From Candidatus Methanomethylophilaceae archaeon (lineage in GTDB: Archaea; Thermoplasmatota; Thermoplasmata; Methanomassiliicoccales; Methanomethylophilaceae), in NCBI GenBank assembly GCA_050944155.1, contig JBMNQN010000003.1:47250-111249 (forward strand): a stretch of 64,000 nt of DNA. The letters are read 5' to 3'. The position numbers were made by a program, and so were the translations under genes. The notes below the pieces were generated by a model. The model was not told the DNA's origin. It made no database searches and worked only from the letters and a program-made list of their open reading frames with translations. Below, piece by piece: positions 47,806-58,452 of the stretch (position 1 is its first letter; every line of letters begins with the position of its first letter).

Positions 47806-47930
47806 GACGTACCCTCATCGGTTTATGTCTATATGAAATCCCCCGTCGGAGTTTTTCGCGGAGAGAAAAGGCTGTCGGACGTACACGGGCATCGGGCTAA
47901 ATATACCAATGACGGGATACGGTTACCGCC

Positions 47931-48770
47931 GTGGAAGAAGAAACGTTCGCAGCAGTCAGAGAAAAAATCATTCGTAACGACACAGAAACAGCGGTGGCGA
48001 TGCTTTCGGAACTGGCATCTTCTTCCGACGATCCTTTCGTGAAAATAAAATCCGCGTCCGTTCTTCTGGCTATAGGAAAACCGGATGTCTCGGACGGAAT
48101 TCTCGAAGACCTTTACGACAATCTTCCGGAAAATCCGGAAAAGAGATTTGCGGCCGCGCAGGCCATGCGGGGACTGGGACGGCCGGATCTGGCATCGGAA
48201 ATTCTTTCGGAAATGGAAAAAACCGACAAAGTTCTGAGGGAACATGCCATATCGGAAGCCAACCGCGGGAATTATTCTTCCGCTTACGGTCTGATAGAAA
48301 AAATAGAAAACCCCTCGCTCGACGACAGAATTCTCGCCGCCGACAGCCTCTCCTCGTCGGGAAAGATTCCCGAAGCGCTGGCACTTTCCGAATCCATATT
48401 CAAAGAGCATTCGGACGTTTACGGTGCCGTAAGATGCAGGTGCGGAGCCCTCATTGCGGCCGACAGAGGAAAGGAAGCGCTGGCACTTGCGAAATCCCTG
48501 CGTAAAAAGGATAAAAATTCCCCCGACGCTTACGCGGCGGGAGCTTATGTCACGCGCATTATCGGCAAATCGGATCTGGCAGGGGCGTTCGCATCCAAGG
48601 CTCTGCGCATAGACCCGAACCATCTCGGTGCGATGGAAATTCTCGCCCAGAGTCTTATGGACAGGGAAATGTACAGAGATGCCGGCATCGTTGCCGGAGC
48701 CATAAACGAGAAAGACCCGGGAAACCGGATTGCAGTGTACGTTCTGAAAGAATGCGCCGGCAGATTCTGA
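47931..48770 (+). CDS. TPR-repeat protein
   Basis: Ala-rich helical repeats (ALRIDPNH, EKDPGN). Confidence 0.75.
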   Translation: MEEETFAAVREKIIRNDTETAVAMLSELASSSDDPFVKIKSASVLLAIGKPDVSDGILEDLYDNLPENPEKRFAAAQAMRGLGRPDLASEILSEMEKTDKVLREHAISEANRGNYSSAYGLIEKIENPSLDDRILAADSLSSSGKIPEALALSESIFKEHSDVYGAVRCRCGALIAADRGKEALALAKSLRKKDKNSPDAYAAGAYVTRIIGKSDLAGAFASKALRIDPNHLGAMEILAQSLMDREMYRDAGIVAGAINEKDPGNRIAVYVLKECAGRF

Positions 48771-50351
48771 TTACTTCTTCCTGAGAAGCATGCTTATGTT
48801 GAATTCCCTGACTCTGCGGGTTTTCTTTCCGCGGTTCATCATAACTTCTTTCCAGAAACCGGGCATGAACAGAAGCAGCCCCGTTGCCATTTCTATACGT
48901 CCCAGGAACATCAGAACGCACATTATTATTTTGGTCAGGGGATCGATGCAGTAAAGGTCGTCGAAGGGTCCGTAATTTCCGAAGGCGGCGCCCGTGTTCA
49001 CCGTGGTCGATACGATAAGACCCACGGAGTCCTTCGCCTCCATGCCGTTCAGCATAAGAACGAGGGAGAAAACCAGAATGGTTATCGAAAATATCGAAAC
49101 TATCACGAACGCGTACATAACGGACGATTCGTCCACGCTCTGATCGTCCATTTTGACGTCGTAAACCGCCAGGGGGTGGAGGGTTTTGTAGATGTTGTTT
49201 TTGATGTATTTCAGAATAATCACGAAACGGTACATCTTAACTCCTCCTGCCGTGGAGCCGCCCATGCCTCCTACGAAACACACCAGAAGCAGAAGTGCGA
49301 AAGCTATCGGAACCGGCCATACGGCCGCATCGGTGTAATCCACGACAGCGAATCCCGTGGAAGTACCCAGGGAGACGACGGTGAACGCCGTATCCAGGAA
49401 AGTCGAAAATATTTCCTCCGTTCCGAAAGTTTTCTTCGCGTTAAGAATCAGAATAGTAAGAAGAATGCTGATTCCCGTAAACCAGTACAGAATCCATCTG
49501 AATTCCACGCTCTTTTTGTAGGGTTCGAAACGGCCCCTGTAGATTCCTTTGTAGTGAAGGTAGAAGTTCGTTCCGCCCAGGAACATGAATATGATGTCGA
49601 TGATTTTCACTTCGTACCCGTAATTCATGACGCTGGACCCGTCTGGTAGGAAACCTCCCGTGGATACGGTGGAAAGCGTCATGCAGGCCGATTCCAGGGG
49701 AGCTACGCCGAACATGAGAAGGAGAATCATCTGAACCATCGTCAGTATGAAATAAATGATGAGGAAGCTCTTGGTCGCGTCCCTGAGTCTTACGGAAAAG
49801 TTTTTCGAGTTGGCGCCGGAAGTTTCGTTGAGAAACAGCCCTTTTCCGCCCAGGCCCATGGCGGGCAGCATGTAAAGGAATATCAGAATGACGGAGATAC
49901 CGCCGATCCACTGGGTCATGGATCTCCAGAGAAACAGACTGTTCGGGAAGGAATCGAAATCCCGGACCATAGTGAATCCGGTGGTGGTGAATCCGCTCAC
50001 GGATTCGAAAAACGCGTCCAGGAGGGGCATTCCGGAAACGGCCATGGGAATCGTTCCCGTGAGGAACAGCAGAAGGAACGTTTCCCCGATTAGCAGTATG
50101 CCGGAGACGGACGAAAGACCTTCTTCGTCCCTTCCGAAAAGCATCATAAGGACCAATCCGGAAGGAACCAGTATCGCCATCGGATACAGAAACATCCAGG
50201 GATTATCTCCGTAGTAAATCGAAAGTGCCAGAGGGGCCAAAAAACTCAGGCCGAGAAGCACCATGATTACGCTCAGGATGCTTACGGACGTATTCTTCCA
50301 TATCGGTTTTCTGTAAGTATTCAGAAAGTTTTCGGCGGAAAACATTCTCAC
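48771..50351 (-). CDS. trkH: Trk potassium uptake membrane subunit
   Basis: FFESVSGFTTTG, LWRS.TQWIGG, VSTGGF, GSTAGGVK, MFLGRIE. Confidence 0.95.
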   Translation of the reverse strand: MRMFSAENFLNTYRKPIWKNTSVSILSVIMVLLGLSFLAPLALSIYYGDNPWMFLYPMAILVPSGLVLMMLFGRDEEGLSSVSGILLIGETFLLLFLTGTIPMAVSGMPLLDAFFESVSGFTTTGFTMVRDFDSFPNSLFLWRSMTQWIGGISVILIFLYMLPAMGLGGKGLFLNETSGANSKNFSVRLRDATKSFLIIYFILTMVQMILLLMFGVAPLESACMTLSTVSTGGFLPDGSSVMNYGYEVKIIDIIFMFLGGTNFYLHYKGIYRGRFEPYKKSVEFRWILYWFTGISILLTILILNAKKTFGTEEIFSTFLDTAFTVVSLGTSTGFAVVDYTDAAVWPVPIAFALLLLVCFVGGMGGSTAGGVKMYRFVIILKYIKNNIYKTLHPLAVYDVKMDDQSVDESSVMYAFVIVSIFSITILVFSLVLMLNGMEAKDSVGLIVSTTVNTGAAFGNYGPFDDLYCIDPLTKIIMCVLMFLGRIEMATGLLLFMPGFWKEVMMNRGKKTRRVREFNISMLLRKK

Positions 50352-51697
50352 ATCTCCGGCACTTTTTTGCCGAGAAGTTTCCTCAGCTCGGAAGATTTGG
50401 CCATGTATGTGAACAGAAGAACTCTGTCGCCGTCCTCGAATCTGGTGTCGTATTTGGGATATATGGTTCTGTTTCCTCTGACTATTGCGGCAAAACGGAC
50501 TCCGTCGGGTATGACCAGATCTCCCAGAAGGGCGCCGTAAATCGGAGAAAATTTGTCCACCGTGGTGATTTGGAAGAATTCGTTGCTGTTCTTCATCCTC
50601 ATGACGGAGTCGCCATCGGAAATCAGCCCTTTGGTTATCTCGTTGGCTATGATTAGGTGATATCCGATTATGGTGTCTATTCCGGTGAATTTGAAAATAT
50701 CCTCGTACTCTCTGGTCAGGTATCTGGATATGACCTTGTTGGTTCCGAATTTAAGTGCGGCCATACAGGCCAGGAGATTCTTCTCGTCGGCGTCGGTGAC
50801 GCTTATCAGAACGTCGGCCCTCCTTACGTTCTCCATTTTCAGGATATGGGGGTCGATGGTATCCGAATTCACGACTATGGCGTTCGTAAGAATTCTGGAA
50901 GCCTGTCTGCAGAGTTCGGTATCCTCTTCGATTATTTTGATGTAAACTTTTTTGTTCATCGAGCTGAGGGCTTTGGCAACGCTCATTCCCACTATGCCAG
51001 CACCTAGAATCACGAATTCCAGGGCTTCCTTTTTCACACCCATCATTTTGTTGAAATTCTCGATTCCTTTGTCGCTTCCTATGACGGTTATTCTGTCGTC
51101 AGGGCGTATTTCCGCCGTTTCCACGTCTATGATTACGTCGTCTCCCCTGTAGAGGCTGACGATGTTGCATTCTTCCGGCATGTCCAGGTTCATGACGGTT
51201 TTCCCGACTATTTCGTGTCCCGAATCGACGCCGAATGTGGCAATGGCCAGACCCAGAGTTTTGATGCCTTCGTAATCCACCAGGTTTTCCAGGGTGGAGA
51301 GTTTAAAAATTTTGTTCGACGTTATTATTTCCGGAGAGATTATCATATCGACTCCGGGTTCTCCTTCCGCCGTAGTTTTTACCATGTAGTCGGGATCTTT
51401 CACCGTGGCGATGGTTCTGATACTCGGCCGGTATTTCTTGCATACGATGGAAATGAAAAGATTCTGTTCGTCCGAAGGCAGCGTGGAAATCACGATTTCC
51501 GCGCCGTGTTTGTCTATGGCGTTCTCGAGAACTCTGGGGTTTGTTCCGTTTTCGTTGAGAACCGACACGTTGAGAAGATTTTTGACCGAATCCGCTTTGG
51601 CTGCGTCCAGCTCTATCATCATGATGTTATGAAAAGCGGACAGGGTTTCTGCGGAAGTAAATCCCACGTTTCCCGCCCCGACGATGATTATGTTCAC
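50348..51697 (-). CDS. trkA: Trk potassium uptake regulatory subunit (tandem RCK domains)
   Basis: Two Rossmann motifs (IVGAGNVG, ILGAGIVG), DEQN and DEKN. Confidence 0.93.
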   Translation of the reverse strand: MNIIIVGAGNVGFTSAETLSAFHNIMMIELDAAKADSVKNLLNVSVLNENGTNPRVLENAIDKHGAEIVISTLPSDEQNLFISIVCKKYRPSIRTIATVKDPDYMVKTTAEGEPGVDMIISPEIITSNKIFKLSTLENLVDYEGIKTLGLAIATFGVDSGHEIVGKTVMNLDMPEECNIVSLYRGDDVIIDVETAEIRPDDRITVIGSDKGIENFNKMMGVKKEALEFVILGAGIVGMSVAKALSSMNKKVYIKIIEEDTELCRQASRILTNAIVVNSDTIDPHILKMENVRRADVLISVTDADEKNLLACMAALKFGTNKVISRYLTREYEDIFKFTGIDTIIGYHLIIANEITKGLISDGDSVMRMKNSNEFFQITTVDKFSPIYGALLGDLVIPDGVRFAAIVRGNRTIYPKYDTRFEDGDRVLLFTYMAKSSELRKLLGKKVPEM

Positions 51698-51915
51698 GCA
51701 GTCACTTCCTCGGTCGCCGATAAGGCACGGAGTTTTTTCCGCCGCGGTTTCCGCGACATCATATCCGAAACCGCAGAGTATCTATATGTTTTCCCGACAT
51801 TTTGCGGAACGGACGTTCTCGGCACTCATGAGATTATATATTACATTTACCCGAAAACACGTACGGAAATTTCTTTTCCGCTCAGTATTTATTAAGGAAA
51901 TATGATTCAGGCGAT

Positions 51916-53169
51916 ATGTGGAAGCATGTGAACGAAGACTTTTGGAAGCAGAACCGTGCTTCCAAAGTCGGCGAAGTCGACGAAGCCGTTGCCGGAATCG
52001 TAAATACGGTCCGCAAAGACGGGGATAAAGCTCTTTTCGAACTGACGAAGAAATTCGACAGACAGGATTTGAAATCTTTGGAAGTAACCCGCGAAGAGAT
52101 CGAGGATGCGTACGAACGTCTCGACCCCGATCTGACGGACGAACTCGAAAACGCCGCATTCAGCATACAGCGCTTCCATGAGATGCAGGTTCCTCCGGAC
52201 ATTTGGTACAGGGAGGTGGAACCCGGAATCACCCTCGGAATGAAAAGTACGCCTCTTTCCAGCGTCGGATGCTACGTTCCGGGAGGCAGAGCCGCATATC
52301 CGAGCACGGTTCTCATGTGCGTCATTCCCGCCAAAGTAGCAGGAGTGGAAAGAGTGATATGCTGTACCCCTCCGCCCGTAAATCCCGCAACCCTTGTTGC
52401 AGCCGACATAGCGGGCGCCGACGCCGTATACAAAGTGGGAGGAGCCCAGGCGATTGCCGCCATGGCTCTCGGTACCGAAAGCATACGCAAAGTCGATAAA
52501 ATCGTGGGACCGGGTAACGTGTTCGTCACATCGGCCAAGATGATGCTCCGCAACGAAGTCGAAATAGATTTCCCCGCGGGGCCCAGCGAAATCGGCGTTC
52601 TGGCGGATTCGACGGCCGTGCCGAAATTCGTCGCTGCGGATCTGATAGCTCAGGCAGAGCACGACCCCTCTTCCGCAAGCCTTCTCGTAACCGACGATCC
52701 CGATCTTCCGGACACGGTATGGGAAATCGTGGAAAAGATGGCGGCAAACCAGCCGAGAAAGGAAATAATTTTCAAAGCTCTGGAAAACTCCGGTTACATA
52801 ATAGCCGAAGACATGGACCTTGCGATTGACATAATGAACGGCATTGCCCCCGAACACCTTTCGGTGCAGACCTCCGACCCCATGGATACCCTTTCCAAGG
52901 TCAGAAACGCCGGCTCCATTTTCGTCGGACCGTACACGCCGGTGGCCGCGGGCGACTACGCCTCGGGAACCAACCACGTCCTTCCCACAGCCGGCAATTC
53001 CGCCGTGGCTTCGGGACTCGGAGTATCCCACTTCCGGAAAACTTCCACGGTTCAGATTCTTACCAAAGAGGGACTCGAAACCCTTGCACCCACCATCGAG
53101 GTTATTTCGGAATCCGAAGGACTTCACGCCCACGGCGACTCCGTAAGAGTACGTTTGAACGGCGAGTGA
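51916..53169 (+). CDS. hisD: Histidinol dehydrogenase
   Basis: YVPGG.A.YPST, GGAQAIAA, GPGN.FV, AGPSE, QAEHD, APEHL, GDYASGTNHVLPT, EGL.AH. Confidence 0.97.
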   Translation: MWKHVNEDFWKQNRASKVGEVDEAVAGIVNTVRKDGDKALFELTKKFDRQDLKSLEVTREEIEDAYERLDPDLTDELENAAFSIQRFHEMQVPPDIWYREVEPGITLGMKSTPLSSVGCYVPGGRAAYPSTVLMCVIPAKVAGVERVICCTPPPVNPATLVAADIAGADAVYKVGGAQAIAAMALGTESIRKVDKIVGPGNVFVTSAKMMLRNEVEIDFPAGPSEIGVLADSTAVPKFVAADLIAQAEHDPSSASLLVTDDPDLPDTVWEIVEKMAANQPRKEIIFKALENSGYIIAEDMDLAIDIMNGIAPEHLSVQTSDPMDTLSKVRNAGSIFVGPYTPVAAGDYASGTNHVLPTAGNSAVASGLGVSHFRKTSTVQILTKEGLETLAPTIEVISESEGLHAHGDSVRVRLNGE

Positions 53170-53173
53170 TACA

Positions 53174-55243
53174 ATGGCGGACGTTGACCTGTACGATCCG
53201 AAACTCTACATCAACAGGGAGCTGTCCTGGCTGGAATTCAACAGAAGATGTCTCAACGAAGCGGAAAATCCGGACAATCCTCTCCTCGAGAGAGCGAAGT
53301 TTCTTGCGATATGCTACGGAAACATGGACGAATTCTACATGATTCGCGTTCCCGGAATAATCAACGGCGTGGCCGCGGGAGCGCCGATTCTCGACGCTCC
53401 CGATATCGACAGAAACACGTTCCGTCTTCTTTCAGACATAAACGCCAAGGTCAGGGAACTGGTGGAAGAGTACTCGGTGTGCTGGGAAGACCTGAGAAAA
53501 TCCCTCGCCGAGAAAGGGATAAAAATACTGCCGATGTCCGAACTGAGCAGAGAGCAGCTGGAAATAATAGACGAGTTTTACATGAAGAGGGTTCACCCCC
53601 TTCTGACGCCTCTGGCACTTGATATCTCACATCCGTTTCCCTTCATTTCCAACAATTCTCTGAACATAGCGGTGAAGATGGACGACACCAAAGGAAAAAA
53701 GCTCTATGCCAGAATCAAAGTTCCTCTGGGTCCCTTCGACCGTTTCATACGCATTCCCTCGGAAAGCGGAACCATCGAATTCGTCATGCTGGAAGATATA
53801 GTCAGACACAACGTGGGACATCTCTTCCCCGGGTTCGAAATTCTGGGAGTGTACGCGTTCCGCGTAACCAGAAATGCCGATACCAAAGTCACGATAGACG
53901 AAGCATGCGACCTGATGTCCGCCGTGGAAGAATCTGTGGAAGGGCGGGATACGGGATTCCCGGTCAGAATGGTCACCGAATCCTTTATGCCGGACGAGAT
54001 GACCGAGCTGTTCGGACGCAGTCTGGGTCTTACCAACGAACAGATACACCGTACCGACGCACCGCTTATGCTCAACAGCCTCTGGGAAATCTACGACCTC
54101 AACATACCGAATCTCAAAGAAAGCGAATTCAAACCCTACTGTCCGCCGGAACTGGAAGAAGGAAATTCCCTTTTCCCGGCGATAGCCAAAAAAGACTGGA
54201 TTCTCTATCATCCGTACGAATCATTCGGCGTCATCGTGAGATTCCTGCAGGAAGCGGCCCACGACCCCGCCGTCCAGAGCATAAAGATATGTCTGTACAG
54301 AATCGGAAAGGACCCGTCCATAATCCAGGCTCTGAAAACCGCAAGGGAAAGAGGAAAGAATGTTTCCGTTCTTATGGAAATCAGAGCCAAATTCGACGAA
54401 ACCAACAACATCCAGTTGGCCAGAAGCATGGAGGAACTGGGTATTCACGTGGTGTTCGGTCCCGTCGAACTCAAAGTCCACTCCAAACTGCTGCAGGTCG
54501 TGCGTCTCGAAGAGGGCCGTCTGGTGAGATACACCCACATGAGTTCCGGAAACTACAACGTGAGTACGGCCAAACAGTACTGCGACATATCTTTCCTGAC
54601 CGCCGACGAAGAAATCGGAGAAGACGTGGGAGAGCTTTTCAATTCTCTGACGGGATATTTCGGACCCAGGGAGTACAAAAGACTTCTGATTTCCCCTCTG
54701 ACTCTGAAAAAAGGTCTTCTGGATAAAATCGACAGGGAAATCAGATGCAAAGAGGAAACCGGAAAGGGATACATAGCGATGAAAGCCAACGGTCTGATTG
54801 ATGCGGACGTCATCGCCAGACTTTACAAAGCATCCATGGCCGGAGTGAAAATCGAACTCAACATAAGGGGTCTCTGCTGTCTGCGTCCGGGCATAGCCGG
54901 AATCTCCGAAAACATACGGGTGATAAGCATAGTGGACCGTTTCCTGGAACATGCCAGAATTTTCTATTTCGAAAACGGAGGAAACCCCGAGATGTACATG
55001 GGTTCTTCCGACATGATGCCCAGAAACCTGATAGCCAGAGTGGAAACCCTGTTTCCCGTTACGGACAAAGATATGCTTGTTTCGATCAGGGACAACATAC
55101 TGAAAATCCATCTCGCCGACAACGTGAAAGCCAAAGAACTGAAGGCGGACGGTTCGTACGTTCCGGTAGTTCGCAGAAAGGGCGAGAAAAAAGTGCGCTC
55201 CCAGAAATGGCTGATCGATCACAGAGGATGCTGGCATGGCTGA
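53174..55243 (+). CDS. ppk1: Polyphosphate kinase 1
   Basis: NRELSWL.FN.R, HPFPFI, HPYESF, ARF-like AKFDE, LKVHSK, GNYN, DRFLEHARI, RVE. Confidence 0.96.
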   Translation: MADVDLYDPKLYINRELSWLEFNRRCLNEAENPDNPLLERAKFLAICYGNMDEFYMIRVPGIINGVAAGAPILDAPDIDRNTFRLLSDINAKVRELVEEYSVCWEDLRKSLAEKGIKILPMSELSREQLEIIDEFYMKRVHPLLTPLALDISHPFPFISNNSLNIAVKMDDTKGKKLYARIKVPLGPFDRFIRIPSESGTIEFVMLEDIVRHNVGHLFPGFEILGVYAFRVTRNADTKVTIDEACDLMSAVEESVEGRDTGFPVRMVTESFMPDEMTELFGRSLGLTNEQIHRTDAPLMLNSLWEIYDLNIPNLKESEFKPYCPPELEEGNSLFPAIAKKDWILYHPYESFGVIVRFLQEAAHDPAVQSIKICLYRIGKDPSIIQALKTARERGKNVSVLMEIRAKFDETNNIQLARSMEELGIHVVFGPVELKVHSKLLQVVRLEEGRLVRYTHMSSGNYNVSTAKQYCDISFLTADEEIGEDVGELFNSLTGYFGPREYKRLLISPLTLKKGLLDKIDREIRCKEETGKGYIAMKANGLIDADVIARLYKASMAGVKIELNIRGLCCLRPGIAGISENIRVISIVDRFLEHARIFYFENGGNPEMYMGSSDMMPRNLIARVETLFPVTDKDMLVSIRDNILKIHLADNVKAKELKADGSYVPVVRRKGEKKVRSQKWLIDHRGCWHG

Positions 55244-56777
55244 CAGCAAAATCGTGGGATTCATCGACATAGGTTCCAACTCCATACACCTGCTGGTGGT
55301 GGAATTTTTTCCCGATTCCGTGGGCTCGCCCATATTCCAGGACAAACAGTCCGTGAGACTGGGACAGAATCTTTTTTCGGAAGGTTACATTGATTCCGAG
55401 ACGATAGAAAAAACCAGAATCGTCGTATCCAGTTTCGTAAAAATATCCAAAGATCTGGGCGCCGAAGAGATACGCGCCTTTGCGACCTGTGCGGCGAGGG
55501 AAGCCCGTAACAGGAACGATTTAATCAGGGCGGTTTCCGAAGCCGGCGTGGACATGAGAGTGATTTCGGGAATCGAAGAGGCCCGCCTTGCGGGTCTGGG
55601 AGTGTTTGGACCCTACGGACCAGAAGACAGGTGCCTGAACATCGACCTGGGGGGAGGAAGTACCGAGATAAACCTCAGCAAAGGTTCGGAAACTCTGTTT
55701 CTGGACAGTCTCAAAGCAGGTTCGGTCAGGTTTTCTTACGGTCTGGGTATAGATCAGACCAAGGCTGTCTCCCAGAAAGATTACAAAAGCATACTGGCGA
55801 CCGTGCGCAGTCTCGCGTCCCACACTGCCAAACGGCTGGGGGAAATAGGTTTCGACAGAGCCGTGGGGTCTTCCGGAACCCTGGTTAACCTTGCGGAAAT
55901 GTGCGCGGCGAGGAGGGACGGAGACGCGTCCTACATGGATCTGAAAGAACTGTCCCTGCTCATGAAAGACCTATGTGCCAGAAGTGCGGAAGAGAGGTAC
56001 GACGTCCCCAAACTGAATCCCGGAAGGGCAGACATAATCATCGGGGGCGGAGCAATAGCCGAAGCCCTGATGACTCTGTTCGGCATAGACCGTATGTACA
56101 TAAGCGAAAGCGGGCTCAGAGAAGGGATGCAGATCGACTATCTTCTGGGTCGCGGAAGAAAGGATTTCAACATAAGGACTTCGTCGGTTATGACTCTGGC
56201 GAGGCGTTGCGGTTTCAACGAAGTCCACGCGGAGAAAGTAAAGAACCACGCCCTTGATATTTTCGACAGACTGAAGGAGCTGGGTATTCACGATATGGAT
56301 GCCGACTGCCGGGAACTTCTCGGCTATGCGGCAACTCTTCACGACATAGGCGAGTTCATCAGTTACAACAGGCACAACGTTCATTCGTACACCATAATAA
56401 TAAACTCGAACATGCCGGGTTTCACCGGAATGGAACTCGAAGAGATTGCTCTGATGGCAAGATTCCATCACAAAAAATTCCCGACAGAGAAGAACAAGTA
56501 CCTGAGGTGTCTTCCGCGGACGACCGCTGGAAATGTCATGAAGTGCGCCCTCATTCTCCGCATGGCCGACGTTATGGACTGCCACAGATCCTCCCCGGTG
56601 GAAAGCATCAAACTCAGGAAAGTCGGAAATTCCGTGCTCGTGATTCTCAAGTCGAAAGAGGACATAAGCATGGAAACATGGAAACTCGAAGAACTCGAGG
56701 AAAACTTCGAAAACGTTTTCGGTCACGGACTGAAAATCAAAGCCTTCGGGTGGGGAAGAGAAATCAATTACGGATGA
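55236..56777 (+). CDS. ppx: Exopolyphosphatase Ppx/GppA with HD domain
   Basis: IDIGSNS, AT.A.REA.N, EEARL, DLGGGSTE, GLREG, LHDIG. Confidence 0.93.
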   Translation: MADSKIVGFIDIGSNSIHLLVVEFFPDSVGSPIFQDKQSVRLGQNLFSEGYIDSETIEKTRIVVSSFVKISKDLGAEEIRAFATCAAREARNRNDLIRAVSEAGVDMRVISGIEEARLAGLGVFGPYGPEDRCLNIDLGGGSTEINLSKGSETLFLDSLKAGSVRFSYGLGIDQTKAVSQKDYKSILATVRSLASHTAKRLGEIGFDRAVGSSGTLVNLAEMCAARRDGDASYMDLKELSLLMKDLCARSAEERYDVPKLNPGRADIIIGGGAIAEALMTLFGIDRMYISESGLREGMQIDYLLGRGRKDFNIRTSSVMTLARRCGFNEVHAEKVKNHALDIFDRLKELGIHDMDADCRELLGYAATLHDIGEFISYNRHNVHSYTIIINSNMPGFTGMELEEIALMARFHHKKFPTEKNKYLRCLPRTTAGNVMKCALILRMADVMDCHRSSPVESIKLRKVGNSVLVILKSKEDISMETWKLEELEENFENVFGHGLKIKAFGWGREINYG

Positions 56778-56890
56778 TTTTTTCAGATTTTCGTCACCGA
56801 TCGGGCAGAGACAACAATTATATCGTGATGGTGTGTATTCTGCTCTGAAGCAGGAATACCCCTTGCACGGACGGGAGTCCAGTTCCTGCT

Positions 56891-57655
56891 TTAAAATCCC
56901 TCATACCCTTCGGGGTCCAAAATGAGGGATATTCCCTTTTCTTCGGCTTTTCCGAGAAGTTCTTCCCACACGTTACGTATTTTCTCCATGTCTCCGGCAG
57001 ACGTCTGGATTATCGCGCTGTTTCCAAAGTAACGGAATCTGATGTTTTCCGCTCTGGAAATATCGGCTATGAAGTCTTCCCACTCTTCCACTTCGCCCAG
57101 ATCTTCGTCTTCAAGGGGAGTTCCGGAAGGTATGCGGGTGGCGAGACAGGTGTTTTTCACCAGTCCGCCGGACCAATCCATGGAATTGACGTATTCCACA
57201 ATCTCGGACCTTCCTATTCCCAGAGTTTCCAGGGGTCTCAGGAGTCCCGCTTCGGAGGATGCTTTGCGTCCGGGCCTGTTTTCTTTCAGGTCGTCGGGGT
57301 TGTCGCCGCACATGCTGCACGCAAAATCCATCTCTTTCGCCGTTTCGTTAACGGCTTCGTAAACCGCCCTTTTGCAGAAGTAGCATCTCATGGGTCCGTT
57401 TTCTTTCACGCCGCTCATGTCTTCCCATTCCAGCCTTTTTATGACCAAAGGAATGTCCATCAGCTGAGCTATCCTTTCCGCGTCCACTCTCTGTCTTCTG
57501 CTGACCAGCGGCGTGTCGGCGAATACTGCCGCGAATCTTATTCCCGACTCTTTGCACGCGCAGGCAAGAAACGAGCTGTCGAATCCTCCGGAAAAAGCCA
57601 GGGCCGCGGAGCCGAGCTTTCCCACGTATTCGACGGTTCTTACAAATGCGTCCAT
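56891..57655 (-). CDS. larE: LarE-family ATP-dependent sulfur transferase
   Basis: AFSGGFDS, RCYFCK, D...RPG, CLATRIP.G; start at 57655 preferred over 57709, which would leave only 2 nt to the divergent larB. Confidence 0.85.
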   Translation of the reverse strand: MDAFVRTVEYVGKLGSAALAFSGGFDSSFLACACKESGIRFAAVFADTPLVSRRQRVDAERIAQLMDIPLVIKRLEWEDMSGVKENGPMRCYFCKRAVYEAVNETAKEMDFACSMCGDNPDDLKENRPGRKASSEAGLLRPLETLGIGRSEIVEYVNSMDWSGGLVKNTCLATRIPSGTPLEDEDLGEVEEWEDFIADISRAENIRFRYFGNSAIIQTSAGDMEKIRNVWEELLGKAEEKGISLILDPEGYEGF

Positions 57656-57711
57656 AACAGGCGCATCGTATTCTGCGCTAAAATCATTAACCACCTGCGT
57701 AATACGCATTT

Positions 57712-58452
57712 ATGGACATACGCGAGATTCTGGAAGCCTTCGGAACGGGAAAAATAGACGTTTCGGAAGCGGAAAGACGCCTTCGGACCGACTACATAGA
57801 GGCGATAGGTTCCGACGTTCTCCTGGACCCCGGGAGACAGATACGCAAAGGCGTTCCGGAAGTCGTGTTCGCAAGAGGCAAAACTCCGGAGACCGTTGCG
57901 GAAATCCTGCGTTCTTCGGAGGAGAGAATACTCGTGTCCGGCGCGGGTCCCGAGCACTTCGAAGCGGTAAGAAATCTGAAAAACATACAGACAATGGAAG
58001 ACTGCGGGTGCATCGTGTACGGAGGATTTCCCGAAGAGAAATACGGGCCGGTGGCTTTCGTAACCGCCGGAACTTCGGACATACCGGTGGCCAGGGAAGC
58101 CGTTCTCATGGCGAGGATGATGGGGTGCGCATGTCTGGAATATTACGACGTCGGTGTCGCCGGACTCCACAGGATTCTTAAACCCATGAAAGAAATCATA
58201 GAAAAAGATGCGGCCGCAATAGTCGTCGCGGCGGGAATGGAGGGAGCTCTTCCCACAATCGTCTCGTCCCTGTCTCCCGTTCCGGTAATCGGAGTCCCGG
58301 TATCATCGGGATACGGTTTCGGCGGAGGCGGAACCGGCGCCCTCATTGGCATGCTGCAGTCCTGTTCTCCAGGTCTCAGCGTGGTGAACATAGACAACGG
58401 AATAGGAGCCGGGGCGGCGGCAGGTCTCATAGCGGCGGGAAGGTCCCGATGA
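57712..58452 (+). CDS. larB: Nickel-pincer cofactor biosynthesis protein LarB (PurE-like)
   Basis: R.GVPEVVF..GK, AGTSD.PVA.EA, DVGVAGLHR, AGMEGAL, SGYG, VVNIDNG.GA. Confidence 0.93.
   Translation: MDIREILEAFGTGKIDVSEAERRLRTDYIEAIGSDVLLDPGRQIRKGVPEVVFARGKTPETVAEILRSSEERILVSGAGPEHFEAVRNLKNIQTMEDCGCIVYGGFPEEKYGPVAFVTAGTSDIPVAREAVLMARMMGCACLEYYDVGVAGLHRILKPMKEIIEKDAAAIVVAAGMEGALPTIVSSLSPVPVIGVPVSSGYGFGGGGTGALIGMLQSCSPGLSVVNIDNGIGAGAAAGLIAAGRSR

Noticed and set aside
56824-56893. GTGATGGTGT... as a fluoride riboswitch, or the adjacent stem as an archaeal SECIS
   Set aside because: The required pairing and 3' consensus are missing, there is no downstream co-oriented gene, and no in-frame TGA selenoprotein is nearby.
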